Notes: a model not told the origin generated them from the letters alone. A stretch of 61,591 bases of DNA, filler included, from Squatina squatina (GCA_031763465.1; 4 parts of 4 records of this genome joined end to end with filler, not necessarily neighbours in it), one strand, 5' to 3'; shown: positions 26,578 through 41,054, numbered from the whole stretch's first letter. Made by a program: numbers and translations.

Positions 26578-27698
26578 ACGGCCATCAGTTCTGCAGCAAG
26601 CTCGCTGCACATGGGGGTTCTTTCTGTCACTTGTCCTAAATACACACGGTAATGTTAATACAAACAATGTTAATACACGCCGCCAGATAAGTATTTTTTC
26701 CTGGTGGGGTGGTGTTTAAGATTGTTCCTTTTTCTTTTAATCCCGGTTTGTGCGGTCCTTTATGCCGGAAGGAGAGGGTGGATTTCATATTTTGTGTGGG
26801 TGATTCCCAAAGAGCTCCAATACTATGGGCTTAAGTAGGCGTGAAAGCTGCAGTAGTGCGAGAGAGAAAAAAGAGATTTGATGGAAGAATCGACTGGATT
26901 GTATTCAATTGAAACCTTTATTTACCAAATACAGTATTCGTGCGTGAGATTTAAAATGTGTCATGTTGGGCATGTGTTTCATCTGTGCAGTACTTTTAAA
27001 CAAGTGGTTACATTACTACTGCAAACCCGTATAATGGGCACAGACATTTCCCTCTTTTCAGTTAGATTTTTTTTTAAATCACTCTTTGCAGAACGATAGA
27101 AGTTACTCGGTACATTAAACCCAATCCAAATCCCACCGCTTAACATTTCCCAGTCCAGCGAGTAAAGCTGGGATAAAGGTTTGATAAGAGGGAATTTAAA
27201 GAACTCTATCTGGAATGTTTCTTTCAATTTAATCCTGGTTTGTTTGAAATTGGTTAGAAAACATTTGGACTTCAGGGGGGGAAAGTGTGGGAGAGGCTGA
27301 TGTCCGGACCGGTGACTGCAGGCTCTGCCTCTCAAAGTGAGTGTCGGGTCCAGCTGAGGACAAGAGATGCACAGTAACCACTGCATCTGTGTGTGGGCAG
27401 CGACTTAGTGTTATTTTGCCGAAGACTCTTTATTCACTGGTCTCCCAAGTTGCTGCAATAACTTGAAATTAGACGTTGGTTAACCTGTATCTCCATCACC
27501 TGCCAATTCTCTCTTTTCCCCCACCCCCTTAACTGTATTGTAAATATTGTACCGTGATGGGGCTGGTACTCCAAATAAAGTGGCAAGAGAAAAGATTGCT
27601 TGTACAATTTGGATCTGAATATGCCTGCGTGTTTGAATATCTCTATCAGGGAAATGGAATTAGAGTGGATAGCTCCAGTTGAAGAATTGGGACTGGTA

Positions 27699-27798
27699 NN
27701 NNNNNNNNNNNNNNNNNNNNNNNNNNNNNNNNNNNNNNNNNNTTAATTAATTAANNNNNNNNNNNNNNNNNNNNNNNNNNNNNNNNNNNNNNNNNNNN
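27699..27798. other. Artificial scaffold-concatenation linker
   Basis: 44 N + TTAATTAATTAA (27743-27754) + 44 N. Confidence 0.97.
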
Positions 27799-30700
27799 GC
27801 TAGACGCGGACTGGGCCCAGCCAGTACATACACTCTTTGGTGGGACATCCCACTCCTGGCTCCTCCAGGCATTGTCCTCCTGATCTCAGGGCGGAGTTCT
27901 CTTTATATACACAGGCAGGAAGGGGTTACAACACCAAGCGACTACAGTGGCTGGTACACACCCAGCTCAACTCTCAATGTGCACTCTCAATGTCAATACA
28001 TAACACTTATCTCCATGAAAGTACATAATCTCAGTTAACCTTCAACAGTCTAAAGCAATAATCATGCCTTTTGAACTTGGTCAACCTTCTCAGAATGCCT
28101 TCTAAACAGTAACCGTTCTGTGTTCTATTCTTTGTTGTTCATACTTTTACCCAAATGCTGCTCTTTTCACAAGTAATCCAGGGTTTCTAGCCCATACTTT
28201 TAGTTTCCTTAAAACGGTTACTTTTATTTTATATTGAAAATCCCAAATCCTTCAGTTGCCACTGGAGCCAGTCGGATTGGAGAAGGTAATGGATCCCCTC
28301 CAGGATCGAAGGTTGGAGGCCTGCTAAAGTCCTCAAGCCTCAGGAGGGGTGACCTGCTCATTGTTCGAAACTGATGTCTATGCAACATGTTCCTAATTTT
28401 CAGGCAACAAATGGCTTTGCTTCATTTTCTGATAGAATGATCTACTCGGCCAGTCAAATGCAAGACATGGGGTTCAGGTTTCCCTGTGTTTCCGCTAGTT
28501 AAATCAGCGCAATCTGGGCGGAATCGGCCGAACCAGCGCAAATGATCAGGGTATTGCAAATGTAGGTGAATTAAGCCCAAAACCACTTACTTTTTAATGA
28601 AAAGGGGAAAAAAGAAACAATTATGTTCTATTACACTGCCCAATTGCGCTGGTTCATGGAAGGTTTGATGTTTGTGATTATGCAAATCAATTTTAGTAGA
28701 AACTTGAACTGTAACCTAACCAGCGGAATTTCAAGGCATTTTGGGTGCAATTTCCTGATTACACCCAAAGCAGAAACTCGATCCCGTGTACATATTTGCA
28801 TCCCCCAACAATAGCTCTGTTTTGAGTTTGGGTGATTGGTGGACTATATTAAGTGACATCAATCCTTTGCTGAATTAGTGAGACCCCAAGATGCCTCTCC
28901 ACTGCTGCAGGATGAATTGAATGTCAACATCATTCTCCCAGATTGACTTCAGTGTCAATAATAATTTGGCACTGCTAGCAGGAAGGTTGTTATACATCCA
29001 TGTCTCTTGGAATTATTCTGAATAAAGTGGTAGATGGTGTGCCTGAGTCATTACAGCAAGCTTTAAATGGGAGCAATTCATAAAATTAGTCGATCTGCAG
29101 GCATGTTTCTGTTTGATCAGTAAGAAGGGGTTTGAACCCTTAAAATAAACCTTTTATTCAACAGATTTGATAAAGGATAGGCCTACCTGAAACCTTGTGA
29201 AGATAGAAGTATTCATGCACGTGCATATCCAATTGATTACAACTATTCTGTCATCACAGCAGAAGCTTATTGGGTATAGCTGTAGAATATAAATGACTCA
29301 TTGTGAAATGTGTGTCAATGCTCTTCCCCATGAAGGAGTAGAGTACAAAGAGGCCTGTATATGTTGTTGACTTTTTACTCCTTAAATGATCAATTAAATG
29401 TTAACATAAGAATCAGCCCTGTTATTTCAAGGGGAAGGATATTCTATGGTGAAGTGCCTTCCATGTAAAGCACTTCCCAGTTTTTGTCCCAGCAAATCTA
29501 GTTTATGAAAAGTCAGTTAGGAAAAATGTTAATGCATAACATGGTACTGCACCCAAATGAGACCTGACAGATCAGGTCTTCGAGAGGTCATGATTCAAAC
29601 CTAGCGAAGGTCAGCACCAGTAAACTCCCCTACTGAAACAATGGTGACCAACATCTTTGCCATCCCTAAATTCCAATCTGAAACTGTCAATCATTAAATT
29701 ACCCTGTACCAATGGGATACATAGCAACGATCCAAGTATTTAGAAAATGATTGCCATGTTACAGATTGCCATCCACAAATGAAACTGATTAACAATCTTC
29801 ATTCTTTCAGTGAAAACTCATTGGCTGCGTCCAAGGCTGTCATCTGGAGGGGAAACAGCCTCAATTTGACCTGAAGCGCATCCCTGGGGATGTGGTGCTG
29901 TGCTGTAAGTAATATTAGCTGAACACACAGCAGTTTTTTGATGAATTATGTCCCTGAGACATACAAGAGGAAATAACTTGCATTGAATGTGCTTTGGAAT
30001 CTCCCTTCTCTTGATAGTGTTAGATCAATTATTGTGCTTTTTATTCCTATTATTTTTTAGTTAGAATTGAATGGTCTTGCTGCNNNNNNNNNNNNNNNNN
30101 NNNNNNNNNNNNNNNNNNNNNNNNNNNNNNNNNNNNNNNNNNNNNNNNNNNNNNNNNNNNNNNNNNNNNNNNNNNNNNNNNNNATAACTGAACTGACTTG
30201 TTTGATCTTAGCTGGTATGGCAGTGAACATGACAGTGAACAGTGTCCCAGGCTGGCAAGAAGAAAGACTGGCCAGGGTTCTGCTCCTAAGAGCTATCCAG
30301 TAACCCTTAATAAACAGTGCATGTGTGCAGGCTTTGTATGAGGACCTAATCTGGGTTGGTTGTAATGCTCCCAAAAGCCTGCTGACACTCGTCGTTTAGG
30401 CTCACATATGGAGAGCAATTACTGAGGCAAGATAATAAAGGACAGCAGCTGCCTGCAGATTTCCACAGGAGAGAGGAGAAAGTTAGAAAACGAAGGGGAA
30501 AAAAATTATGTATGTGCTTTTGGTTTGTAATCAATTTTAATTTGCAACCGAAGTCCAAATGATTATATCCTTCACCTCATATGTTATTTTTTCCCCCTTA
30601 TAGACTGACTCTTATTGTCACATGATTGAATTACTTTGCCCCATTAGTCTGACTGGGATTGTTAGTTGGTGAGATGATAGTCCATCTTTGACTGACAGGC

Positions 30701-31879
30701 AGATTACCTTTCTAGGCTAAATCACCAATTGCTCTTTTCTTCAATTCCCAGACGAGCCTCATGAGAGGCTTAACAAGCCGCAGTGGTGGTGCTGACAGAG
30801 TTGACATATCAGGTAGAGTACCTCCTGTGCGTTTCATTGACTACAAGCATTGTGAGCTAGCTCCATCAGATTGAATTAAGTCCTTATGTAGTCAATATAA
30901 AGGTCAGGAGTTTGATACCGGCAACAACCCGTCTATTTGAAATGGATTACCACCAACGTTGAAAATCTAGGATAAAATGCTCTGTTCCATTCTGGGAAGA
31001 GACCAGAAATTTATATAACCACTGTGGATGAAGTCCCCAACAAATAGTAACAGGCACCTCAAAACCTGCTTGATTTTAGGCAGAAGGAATCATCTAATGT
31101 GTTTTGGTTGTGGCGGGGAGTGTATACAGTGTGACACACAAGGTGTCACAATTGTGTGGAACAGGCTGGATGGGTCTTTTCCTGTCTGTCATTGTTTGTA
31201 CATTTATTAGGCTGTTCCAAGCTGCTGAGTGGCGTTTCTTTTATGGCTTGTTCTAGGTACCCATCCCTATGGATAGTCAACTGTGGAAAGTATGATAATC
31301 TAAGTCTGAAAGATAAATATGCTTTGCTTCTTCCTTCTACTGAAGGCAAGACCTGTGGGTCTTATAATTCATCCATTATTGCCTGAGTGTAGAGCCAGAT
31401 TGAGAAAGAAACAGTAGCACAAAGGTTACTGGTGTACTAGCTGATGACCCAAATGCTTTGCTTCCATATGTTGGGAATCAAATAAAAAGAACATTATCAT
31501 TCACAGATTTGCCTGTTCATTAACCTTTGAATTAAATTACTGTTGATAACAATTTTCTCAGTGACAAACATGTCAAAGATGAAACACAACTGTTATTTAT
31601 GATTCAACAATGCATACTAATGTGTTGCATGTGTCTATTTTATTAATTAGTTCTTAATATGCATTGTAAAATTCCTTTTTAATTTAACAGATTTGACCGT
31701 GTGGCATTAGGCTGCATGAATAATCCATTAATCTCCACTATGATTTTGTTCACTCAGGACTGATTATGCTTAACACTTTGAGAACTACAGTGAAGTTTAT
31801 TCCCCCAATTTCTTATTTTAAAAAGATTTTTAAACCTATTCCAAGACGCTCATGAATGCAACTTTTCTTTAGTAGCCCA

Positions 31880-32293
31880 CATTTCTTTTCATGCTGATCC
31901 AAAACTCGGCAGCCCATATCCTAACTCGTGCCAAGTCCCACTCACCCATCATCCCTGTGCTCGCTGACCTACACTGGCTCCCAGTCTAGCAATGCTTCGA
32001 TTTTAAAATTCTCATCTTCCTTTTGAAACCCCTCCATGGCCTCGCGCCTCCCTACCTCTGTAATCTCCCCCAACCCCACAACCCTCCGAGATCTCTGCGC
32101 TACTCTAATTCGGCCCTCTTGAGTATCCCCAATTTTAATCGCTTCACCTAGGACCTAAACTCTGAATTTCCATCCCTCTCCTCCTCACCACCTCTATCTC
32201 CTCCTTTAAAATGCACTTTAATACCTCCCTCTTTGACCAAGCTTCTAGGCACCTGTCTCAATACCTCCGTATGTGGCTCGTTGTCAGAGTTTG
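31880..32293 (+). mobile_element. L2-type LINE ORF2 3' fragment
   Basis: CCCATCATCCCTGTGCTCGCTGACCTACACTGGCTCCCAGTC...GATTTTAAAATTCTC encodes the L2 motif I.PVLADLHWLPV...DFKIL. Confidence 0.85.
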
Positions 32294-33638
32294 NNNNNNN
32301 NNNNNNNNNNNNNNNNNNNNNNNNNNNNNNNNNNNNNNNNNNNNNNNNNNNNNNNNNNNNNNNNNNNNNNNNNNNNNNNNNNNNNNNNNNNNNCTTTCTT
32401 TCTTTTCTTTCATATGGCATTATCAGGCCTTGACTTCCAAATTTCAATGCGGCCCTTGCCTGCCTGGCGTGAGGGCCTTGAAGACTGGCCGGAATGCGCC
32501 TGTTAAAATTGGTGCTTGTCAAGAGTCCAGTCGGCATGAAGGGGGGACCCTAATTCCCCACAACGTGACGTTGGCCTCGCTGTAGAGTTAGGGAATTGAC
32601 TAGGCGATATGCCTAGTTAAGAGGACTTGCTCGGGCTACGCCCCGAGACCAACGGCGCCATGGCAGAAATTTTGGTCGAGACGGAACAGCCCCTATGGAA
32701 AGTCATTGACACAACCCTTTTCTCTGATGATGAGTTTTGAAATGAGATTAATGTTCCAAAAATTGTGTGAATTTAGGTTTTGAAAAGAACATGAAAACCA
32801 AACAAAGAGGGCCTAAAACGGTAAGAAGGCTGAAGTGAGAGGACCACAAGGCCTGATGGAAAAATTGTTGGTCAACCCTGGACTGTGGGAAACTGCAAAC
32901 GATGGGACAAAGAGACATTCATGTAATGCTGAGTTTGAAATTAATGTTTGAAACCTGCAAATCTCGGCCAGACAATTTGAGATAACACAGCTGCAAGCAG
33001 CAATCAAGAGAATAAAACTATTGTTCGCTGCCTGTGAGATTTTTGTCACGTGATGAGAAGTCTGCAATGTTTTTAAAAATAAATAAGCGGAACTTACATT
33101 TAAAAGAATTCACTTGGGGTCTAACATACTGCTTGTGCTGAGAACTAGACGTAACAACGCTGTCAGGTGCACACAAATCCCATCTGTATATCGGCCCTTA
33201 CTTTAAATGGATAAACCATAAAACCAGGTTCAGTATCATTTACAATCTATCAATTGATGCCAACCACAAATTCCTTTCCCTGTCTGGCTAGCAGGGAGTG
33301 AACATGCCCTTCCAGGAGGAGCCAAGATAGAGATTGGGATCCAAAGTCAGGAGCCAAAACAGTCCAGCATTGTCGGCATTGGATCACCTTCGACACTACT
33401 GATATAATTATATGAATAAGCCCATTTAAGTAAACTATGTTATCAACTTTGTTTTCATTTTACCTTTTTAGTAAAGAAACAACCCCAGTCTTTAAAGTGT
33501 TAACACAAATGCTTCAACCAATCTGTCTTGATAATCTTCACATGTAAAGTGAGCCGGGTCATTTAATGTAAGCAAATCTGTAGAAAGTTCATGACAGTTG
33601 CATCTAACAAGTCTGAATAATTACTAGTGTATCTCTTC

Positions 33639-33670
33639 TGCTACCATCTAGTGATCAAGTTCGCATTACA
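33639..33670 (-). promoter_or_regulatory. Candidate CTCF site with upstream module
   Basis: Minus strand TGTAATGCG-aacttga-TCACTAGATGGTAGCA: a core resembling CCACTAGATGGCAGCA plus a TGCAGT-like upstream motif at roughly the usual spacing. Confidence 0.35.
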
Positions 33671-34624
33671 GGTAGTTAATATCACTAAAGCCTTTTAATT
33701 ATTAGCCATCTGTGTATGGAGCAGAAAGATATTCAAGAACGTGTACATTTATATCCTTTGTACATGTGCACTGTTTGACAAAGGATATCAACAGCTTCAT
33801 GAAGTTTAAGTTCCTGTATTACTGAGGCGATGAATTCTCATGCACCACTGAATGTTTCTGAAAGTTCCACCAACCTTGTTGAATGCAGGTGGTGAATGCA
33901 CTTCCCTAGGATTGGAGGAGTTGGTAAAATTAAACTCAAAAAGAGCTGAGATTGTTTCTTTACTTTTGTATTGAAACAAGAAGATCCATACGAATCCTGA
34001 ATCTTTGACTTGACAGCCTATGCTCTTTGCTAGTCTTCAATTGGTTTCTGGGATCTTGAATAGACAAGGCTATGTGCTTTATTTACACTTTGCTTACATT
34101 CAGGGCTGTTTTATCATTGCTGTTCATTTGCCACTTGTTAAAATGTTGCTGGTATTTTGACACCTTGATGTGTTCTTTTCTTCAAAGGCAGGCACGTAAT
34201 GAGGTAATCTATAAAAACAGGAAACTGCAGTCTGTAAAAGCTTAGCAGTTGCTGGCATTTAAGACTACGTACACCAGACTGCTCTAAAATTTCCAGCTAC
34301 TGACTTATTGATTATACACACGGAATGTGTACTTAAAAACTTAGCGAGGGAGTCGTAAAGCACCTAGTTACCTATTTATCAATTAGTAACTGCAGAACCT
34401 CAAGCTCCATTCACTGGCCACCTGGGGCTGGACTTATTCGGGGTTGGGACCAGATCCAAGCTGGTTTACATAGAATTCATGGACTTGGGAGTCAGGTGCA
34501 AGCAAGGATTGAGTGTTAAATANNNNNNNNNNNNNNNNNNNNNNNNNNNNNNNNNNNNNNNNNNNNNNNNNNNNNNNNNNNNNNNNNNNNNNNNNNNNNN
34601 NNNNNNNNNNNNNNNNNNNNNNAA

Positions 34625-34998
34625 CTGATCCAGAATCTAGAGAATTTTGGTTTCGATAGGATAGATGTAGCGAAAATGTTTCCACTGGTGGGGGAGACCA
34701 AAACTATGGGCCATAAATATAAGACAGCCACCAATAAATCAGATAAGGAATTCAGGGGAAACTCCTTTACCCAAAAAGTGGTAAGAATGCGAAACTTGCT
34801 ACCACAAGGAGTAGTTGAGACAAATAGCTTCTATGCATTTAAGGGCAGCGAGATAAACACACGCGGGAGAAAGGAATATAAAGGAAGGATATGCTGATAG
34901 GATGAGATGAAGAGGGGTGGGAGGAGGTTCATGTGGAGCATGGACCAGTTGGGTCAAATGGCCTGTTTCTGTGCTGTAGATTCAATGTAATTCTATGC
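34625..34998 (+). mobile_element. CR1 LINE 3' end
   Basis: MFPLVGETKTMGHKYK...FRGNSFTQKVVRMRNLLPQGVVE, followed by the CR1 3' UTR GGACCAGTTGGGTCAAATGGCCTGTTTCTGTGCTGTA and an ATTCTATG tail. Confidence 0.85.
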
Positions 34999-37900
34999 AA
35001 TATTTGAAAACAGATAATAGCTTCATTTACAAATTTGTACACTCATCTCAGATTACATAATTAATATCAGAGGAGGAGATCGGAGCAAAGCTGTTTGATC
35101 CTCTTCTAGTCAATGAAGTTCACAAGAAGACAAACAGGGACCTTTTTTTCTGACTTATCTTTTCCATTGCAATCTCCTTTGCATTCTTTTCAAAATCTAC
35201 ATCATGCCGCTAAGGTTGTTTTGTTCTCCTGTGGCCAGAATTTGTATACTTAATAATCAATGAAAATCTGTTCTTCAAAACCCATTTCCTTCAGTCCTAA
35301 TTGTTCGCACTTCCTCCTGTATTTCTCAAGCTGTCACTTATAAACTGCTGTGAAATATTAAACATTTTAATAACATATTTAAATCTTATTTGCAGTTCAC
35401 TTAAGCTTCTGTGCGCCTGTGAAGTAATTAAGTTAGCACTTTCTGGAAAACTGCTACAACAACTTAAATAGAAANNNNNNNNNNTTCAGTTACTACTCAT
35501 ACTATTCCAGTGAGAAAATATTTCCTCTCTTGTAGGCAGTATAATAATCCCTTATTTTCCTTGGAGCCTTTTTTTTTGTCTTTAGCTTTTGATGCCTCGT
35601 CGTGTTGTCCAGAATTTGATAGGGATCTTTGTTGAAGAATTGCTGCATCGGTGAATTATACAAGAGTGCTGAAGTGCCCTTGCCAGACTGGCTGGGATTC
35701 ACCTGCATGGATCGATGGAGACAGCTGCTCATGTTGCTTTATAATTCACAGTGAGCTTGACTGCGGAGTAAAGGACAAACAGTGGCAAACAAAAGAAAGA
35801 CTTGCATTTTTATAGTGCCCATCACAACCTCAGGACGGCTTAAAACACTTTACAGCCAACGNNNNNNNNNNNNNNNNNNNNNNNNNNNNNNNNNNNNNNN
35901 NNNNNNNNNNNNNNNNNNNNNNNNNNNNNNNNNNNNNNNNNNNNNNNNNNNNNNNNNNNNNGGTCAGCTTCATGGGTTGGCATAATCAAACACCAGAGGG
36001 ACAAAATAGCAGTGGAACTTCATCAAAAGCTGCATATGCGGCAGAAGTGACAATCAATTGAACTGAACTCTACTAGCTATTTGCAGGAAATCTAGTAAAT
36101 GCATACTGTTCAATACAATGGTGAAATGAAGTTAATTGAGAAACTTGAAATTGTCAGTAAGTTGTATTGATGAGCACATCTAGCAAGCATCCACCTCAAA
36201 TGGTTTTTATTGAATTTTCTTGGTTAAGAAGGAATATGTCCAATCAGCTATTTCTGATTTTAAACTCCTTTCTAAAACAGGAAAATGTTTCCAGATTATG
36301 CCATAGAAGCATTTGTGTCAATCAAGCAATTACAGTGCATCTGTGGCATGCTTAGTGTCATGAGTCGATAGTGGAAGTGATATCTGGATTTCTTTAACAT
36401 TTCACACACTCACGTGAGCAGTGCCTTGGTGATCTACATCAGAGAAAGCGACATACTGGAGTAAAGTTTCCATTAAATCGCTCTACCAGTGCACTTTGCC
36501 TGAAATCGGCCAACCCAGCATAAAAGATGGAGGAATCTCAAGTGCACAGTGCAAATAGAGTTCCTGCGATCTTCTTTGCTGGCTTAAAAAACATCGTGCT
36601 GGAAGCCGACACCAACCACAAAACTGGCCACCCTTAGATCGAATTAATCAGCATGGCAAGTTTCTGCCAATTGTGCTATTTGCAGCCCTTCGAGGAGACT
36701 CTTCAGATTAAGCTGGGGTTTTTTTTAAAGTGTAAAAGTTTTTAAATATTAAAAAATATTTAATGTACAAAGGAACTGACTAGTGAAATTAGTAAATAGT
36801 TCTGTATAATTCTTAAGTCATTGAGTTATTTAAAATCGGGTTACTTACAAGTGGTGAACCAGACACACTTACTAAAAATGCTTATTTTTTGCGATAAACC
36901 TAATTTTAGCTGTATTAATTTTTTTTTAAAAATGCACCAGGTTGACACTCTTAAATACATCAAGCAATATGCAAGTAAAAAAAATAGAATTAAGTTCTAA
37001 AAAGCTGCCTGATTGCACTAGTTCCTGTTTGTAATTAAGCAAATGAGTTTGAGCAGAAACTTGAACCATAATATCACTTTGGAAAACCAGCTCAATTCCG
37101 AGTGCAATTTGCACCCAGATTGCCGATTGCACCCAAAAGGGAAACTTCGCCGCTGTGTGTTTAATACAGGGCTGTCTTCTGATGGAATAGTTGGATGACT
37201 TGCACTAAAGCTTGATCATCTCTTTTCTCCACCTTGGACGACTGGGGATTTCCAAGGGCAGGAAGCTCCCGGAATCAAATCCTGAGTAAATGGAAAGGTC
37301 AAGCTAACGGTCAAGTTACAAAATCGACATACCTGCCAGATGGGATGAGAGACAATAGTTTCTTTAGCTTTGCAAGGCAGCTTCTTGGCTGATGCCCAGA
37401 TGATTGAGCAACTGAGTCAAACCACTGTAGATGTTGACAAAACCATCCTCCTGTTGACGCATGAACACATGAAGAATGTTTGCTGAGTTTTGGCAACTTC
37501 AGACCAGATGAGATATGTGAACAATGAATCTGGAGTGCTTATTTATTTGGTCGTGACTGATTCTGCTTAATTTTCACTCAATACTTGTCATAATTTGGCC
37601 CCTCATTCTTACCAAAGCTGTTATCCTTCATACCTGCATTTAGCTAGCATGAGAATGGTTTGAATAGCCACAACCACTGCATAGTCACTGCTCATATGAA
37701 GGATTTAGGATGGGAGAATTCATGTCTTCAAACTGGTGACCGTCAGCTGTACAAGAGCACCGAACATGTTAGAAATGGACAAAAAGTGTTGAAACATTTT
37801 CTAAGAAAATCATAGCATTCAGTGAAACAGGTTTTCCAGTATCTGCAATCTTTTGTTTGAATTGTGGGGATTTTGAGTACCCAATTAGACTGCCCTGAGT

Positions 37901-38639
37901 TTCTGGCACTTAGGGACGAATTGGGGAGCGCAAGGTTCAGGTCTGTGAAATTTCACTTTAAGGCCTGCAATTTGACACTTTGAAAAAAAAGTTTCAGACA
38001 GCTTTAAAACCATCCTAATTTCNNNNNNNNNNNNNNNNNNNNNNNNNNNNNNNNNNNNNNNNNNNNNNNNNNNNNNNNNNNNNNNNNNNNNNNNNNNNNN
38101 NNNNNNNNNNNNNNNNNNNNNNATGATGGCTATTTGGCAGGTTTCCCATTTTTAATTACTTTTTTGATTGTACTCTTTCTATAATAGATCAATTAATGTT
38201 ACGGGGTAAGCTTGATTGTTATACTTGTTCTGCAATAAAAGGATTCCAGGTGGGAGATATTAACCAAATATTTAATTAGCGGATACTCTTAATACGATTG
38301 TGGGTCAGAATTTTGCCACTAATGGGGCAATTTGGTTAACATCTCCCACCTGGAACCTTTTTTGTTATTAAACCAGCGCCACAATGAGAGGAGAGGGGGA
38401 GGAGAGAGGAACTTGCCCACTCATATGAATTTTTCTGTTAAAAGAGAGCCAAATGGAACATAGCAGGGAAATGTGAATTAGATAAAATGAGGAAAAAAAT
38501 GAATACAGCTTTTGAAGTCCTCGAAGCAAGAATTTCTCCATCAGGACATTTTTAAAAACAAATGGAAACAGTTACAAAAACTTCTGATCATCACAAAGAT
38601 CCTGTGATTCATTCAGCTTTTGTTGATTTATTTTCATAT

Positions 38640-38973
38640 CATAGAATCGTAGAATGGTTACGGCACAGAAGAAGGCCATTTGGCCCGTTGAGCCTGTGCC
38701 GGCTCTCNNNNNNNNNNCCGCCCTTTCCCCGTAGCCCTGCAATTTTTTTTCTTTCAGGTACTTATCCAACTCCCTTTTGAAAGCCACGACTGAATCTGCC
38801 GCCACCACCCTTTCAGGCAGTGCATTCCAGATCCCAACCACTCACTGCATAAAAATTATTTTTCTTTTGCCAATCACCTGTGTCCTCTGGTTCTCGACCC
38901 TTCGTCCAATGGGAACAGTTTCTCTCGATCTACTCTGTCTGGCCCCCTCATGATTTTGAACACCTCGATCAAA
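38640..38973 (-). mobile_element. CR1 LINE 3' end
   Basis: Minus strand VVGIWNALPERVVAADSVVAFKRELDKYL plus the 3' UTR hairpin and an (ATTCTAYG) tail. Confidence 0.85.
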
Positions 38974-39073
38974 NNNNNNNNNNNNNNNNNNNNNNNNNNN
39001 NNNNNNNNNNNNNNNNNNNNNNNNNNNNNNNNNNNNNNNNNNNNNNNNNNNNNNNNNNNNNNNNNNNNNNNNN

Positions 39074-39292
39074 CTGCGCTCCTCCAATTCTGGCCTCTTG
39101 CGCATCCCCAGTTTTAATCGTTCCACCATTGGCTGCCAAGGTCCGAAGCCTCCTTTACGACACTTCTTAAAACCTACCTCTTTGACCGAGCTTTTGGTCA
39201 TCTGCCCTAATGTCCCCTTATGTGGCTCGGTGTCAAATTTTATTTGATAACGCTCCTGTGAAGTGCCTTGGGACATTTTAGTACGTTAAAGG
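39074..39292 (+). mobile_element. L2-type LINE 3' end
   Basis: CTCCTGTGAAGTGCCTTGGGACATTTTAGTACGTTAAAGG tail; homologous to 8160-8440 and 31880-32293. Confidence 0.75.
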
Positions 39293-40007
39293 TTTATGGT
39301 GGTTATTTTGGGGTGACTAATTCTTCAAGATTCTCTCTTCCCCTCTAAGGAAGTATCAGCGTTGGCCTCTGCTGATAACTTACCCTGACTGGCCTGGCAA
39401 GATCAGTAACTCCTCATGAGGGATCTGTTACATCTCTTACTCCTTAGTATGGCAGCACACTACATTGCATTACAATTAGAGAATTGAATTCTTTGCAAAC
39501 ATGTTTGTCAATGTGTTGCAACACCTCAACAAGCTGACAGCCACAAACTATATTGAAGTTGACACAGATTATATGTAATAATGGAAAACATATTTGATCA
39601 AGAGAGATTATATAAAAATGAGGTTTTTTTATAGCTTGAATGCATTCTACGTGAGTTACATATTTTAGTGCATGGTTATTTGGAAATGTAAAATCAGAGC
39701 TCATTCTGCAAGGACCCTGAGCAACAAGAAAAAATAGATAGGATGAATAATGACTTTCATTCGTATCTTGCATTTTTGGAAGGGATTGGCAATGCATAAA
39801 GGTACCAGAAACCAGTCCAGGGTTGATGCTCAAACTGCATATGTGTAGTTTTGTGCTATGCTGTCCCTTATGTGCATAAAAATTTAATTTTGTTATGTTT
39901 AATCCCTTTGTGATTTAACACTGTCATACTCCTCATTTATATGCTAATTTCATGCAAATTACATTTAAGACTCTTGCATCATTAGCATCATTTCCTCTGC
40001 CACCTGG

Positions 40008-40107
40008 NNNNNNNNNNNNNNNNNNNNNNNNNNNNNNNNNNNNNNNNNNNNTTAATTAATTAANNNNNNNNNNNNNNNNNNNNNNNNNNNNNNNNNNNNN
40101 NNNNNNN
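40008..40107. other. Artificial scaffold-concatenation linker
   Basis: 44 N + TTAATTAATTAA (40052-40063) + 44 N. Confidence 0.97.
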
Positions 40108-40124
40108 AAACCCATTTCATGCCG

Positions 40125-40870
40125 TGGGTTTTTAAGTGATGTTCTCTCAGTCCTGGATCATCCTTTGTTGTTAAAATTGATATTGCTCTCAGTCCCGGAT
40201 CATTATGTGTTTCACAAAGCGAAATGCTGTTGGTCCCGTGTCATTCTTTGTGTTTAAAGTTATATGATCTCAGTCCCAGATCATTCTGTGTGTAAAAGTG
40301 AAGTTCTGTCATTCGCGGCTCATGGTGTGTCTTTTCAAGTGATGTGCTCTCAGACCCGGATCATTCTGTGTCTCTTCAAGTTATGTTCTCCCAGCCGCGG
40401 ATCATTCTGTGATTTAAAATATGATGTGCTCCCAGTCCAGTGTCATCCTTTGTTGAACAGTGATATCCTGTTTGTCTGTTTTTTCAAAATTGACTGTGCT
40501 CTCAGTCCAGCATCATTCTGCGTGTTTTCAAGTAATGCACTGTTGGTCTCAGTTTATTCTTAGTTTTTAAATGTGCTGTGCACACAGTCCCGGATCATTC
40601 TGTGTGTTTAAATCTGATGCTCTCTCAATCCTGGAACAATCTATGTGTTTAACATTGTTCAAATATCATACCGGATCCTTCTGTCTCTGTTTATCAGTGT
40701 TGTGCTGTCAGTCCCGGATCATTCTGTGCCAGTTGAAAGGGATATGTTACTGCCATTATATTCTGTTCCTGGTCGAATTACGTTGTTTTCAGGATCGGAT
40801 CAATCTTTATCTCTTTGAACCCTTTATGCTCACAATACCGGATCATTCTGCCTGTTTGGGGTTTTTAAAC
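40125..40870. repeat. Degenerate ~41-bp tandem repeat (consensus ~CTCTCAGTCCCGGATCATTCTGTGTGTTTAAAGTGATGTG)
   Basis: GGATCA anchors at 40155, 40197, 40358 and 40399, i.e. 40-42 nt period. Confidence 0.85.
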
Positions 40871-41054
40871 CTCGTGCAATTTCACTTGTGATACCCGAGT
40901 TGGGAAGCGCTGTGTTCAACGTTGCATTCGATTTCTCTGTGCAGGTATGGAGCCAGCTCACAGAGCATTCTGACCTTTAGTTGTAATACTATCATATTCT
41001 TGGAAAGCCAACTCTGTGAAGGATCTGATGCCCTGAATTATTTGGTTCCATTTT

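Noticed and set aside
35586-35750. Possible plus-strand exon (tctttAG ... GTGAGC)
   Set aside because: Stops in all three frames; at best a non-coding exon, with no supporting evidence.
37311-37500. Possible minus-strand exon with a CAG|GTATGT donor
   Set aside because: The open frames show no similarity I can recognise and there is no clear acceptor; not supportable without a search.
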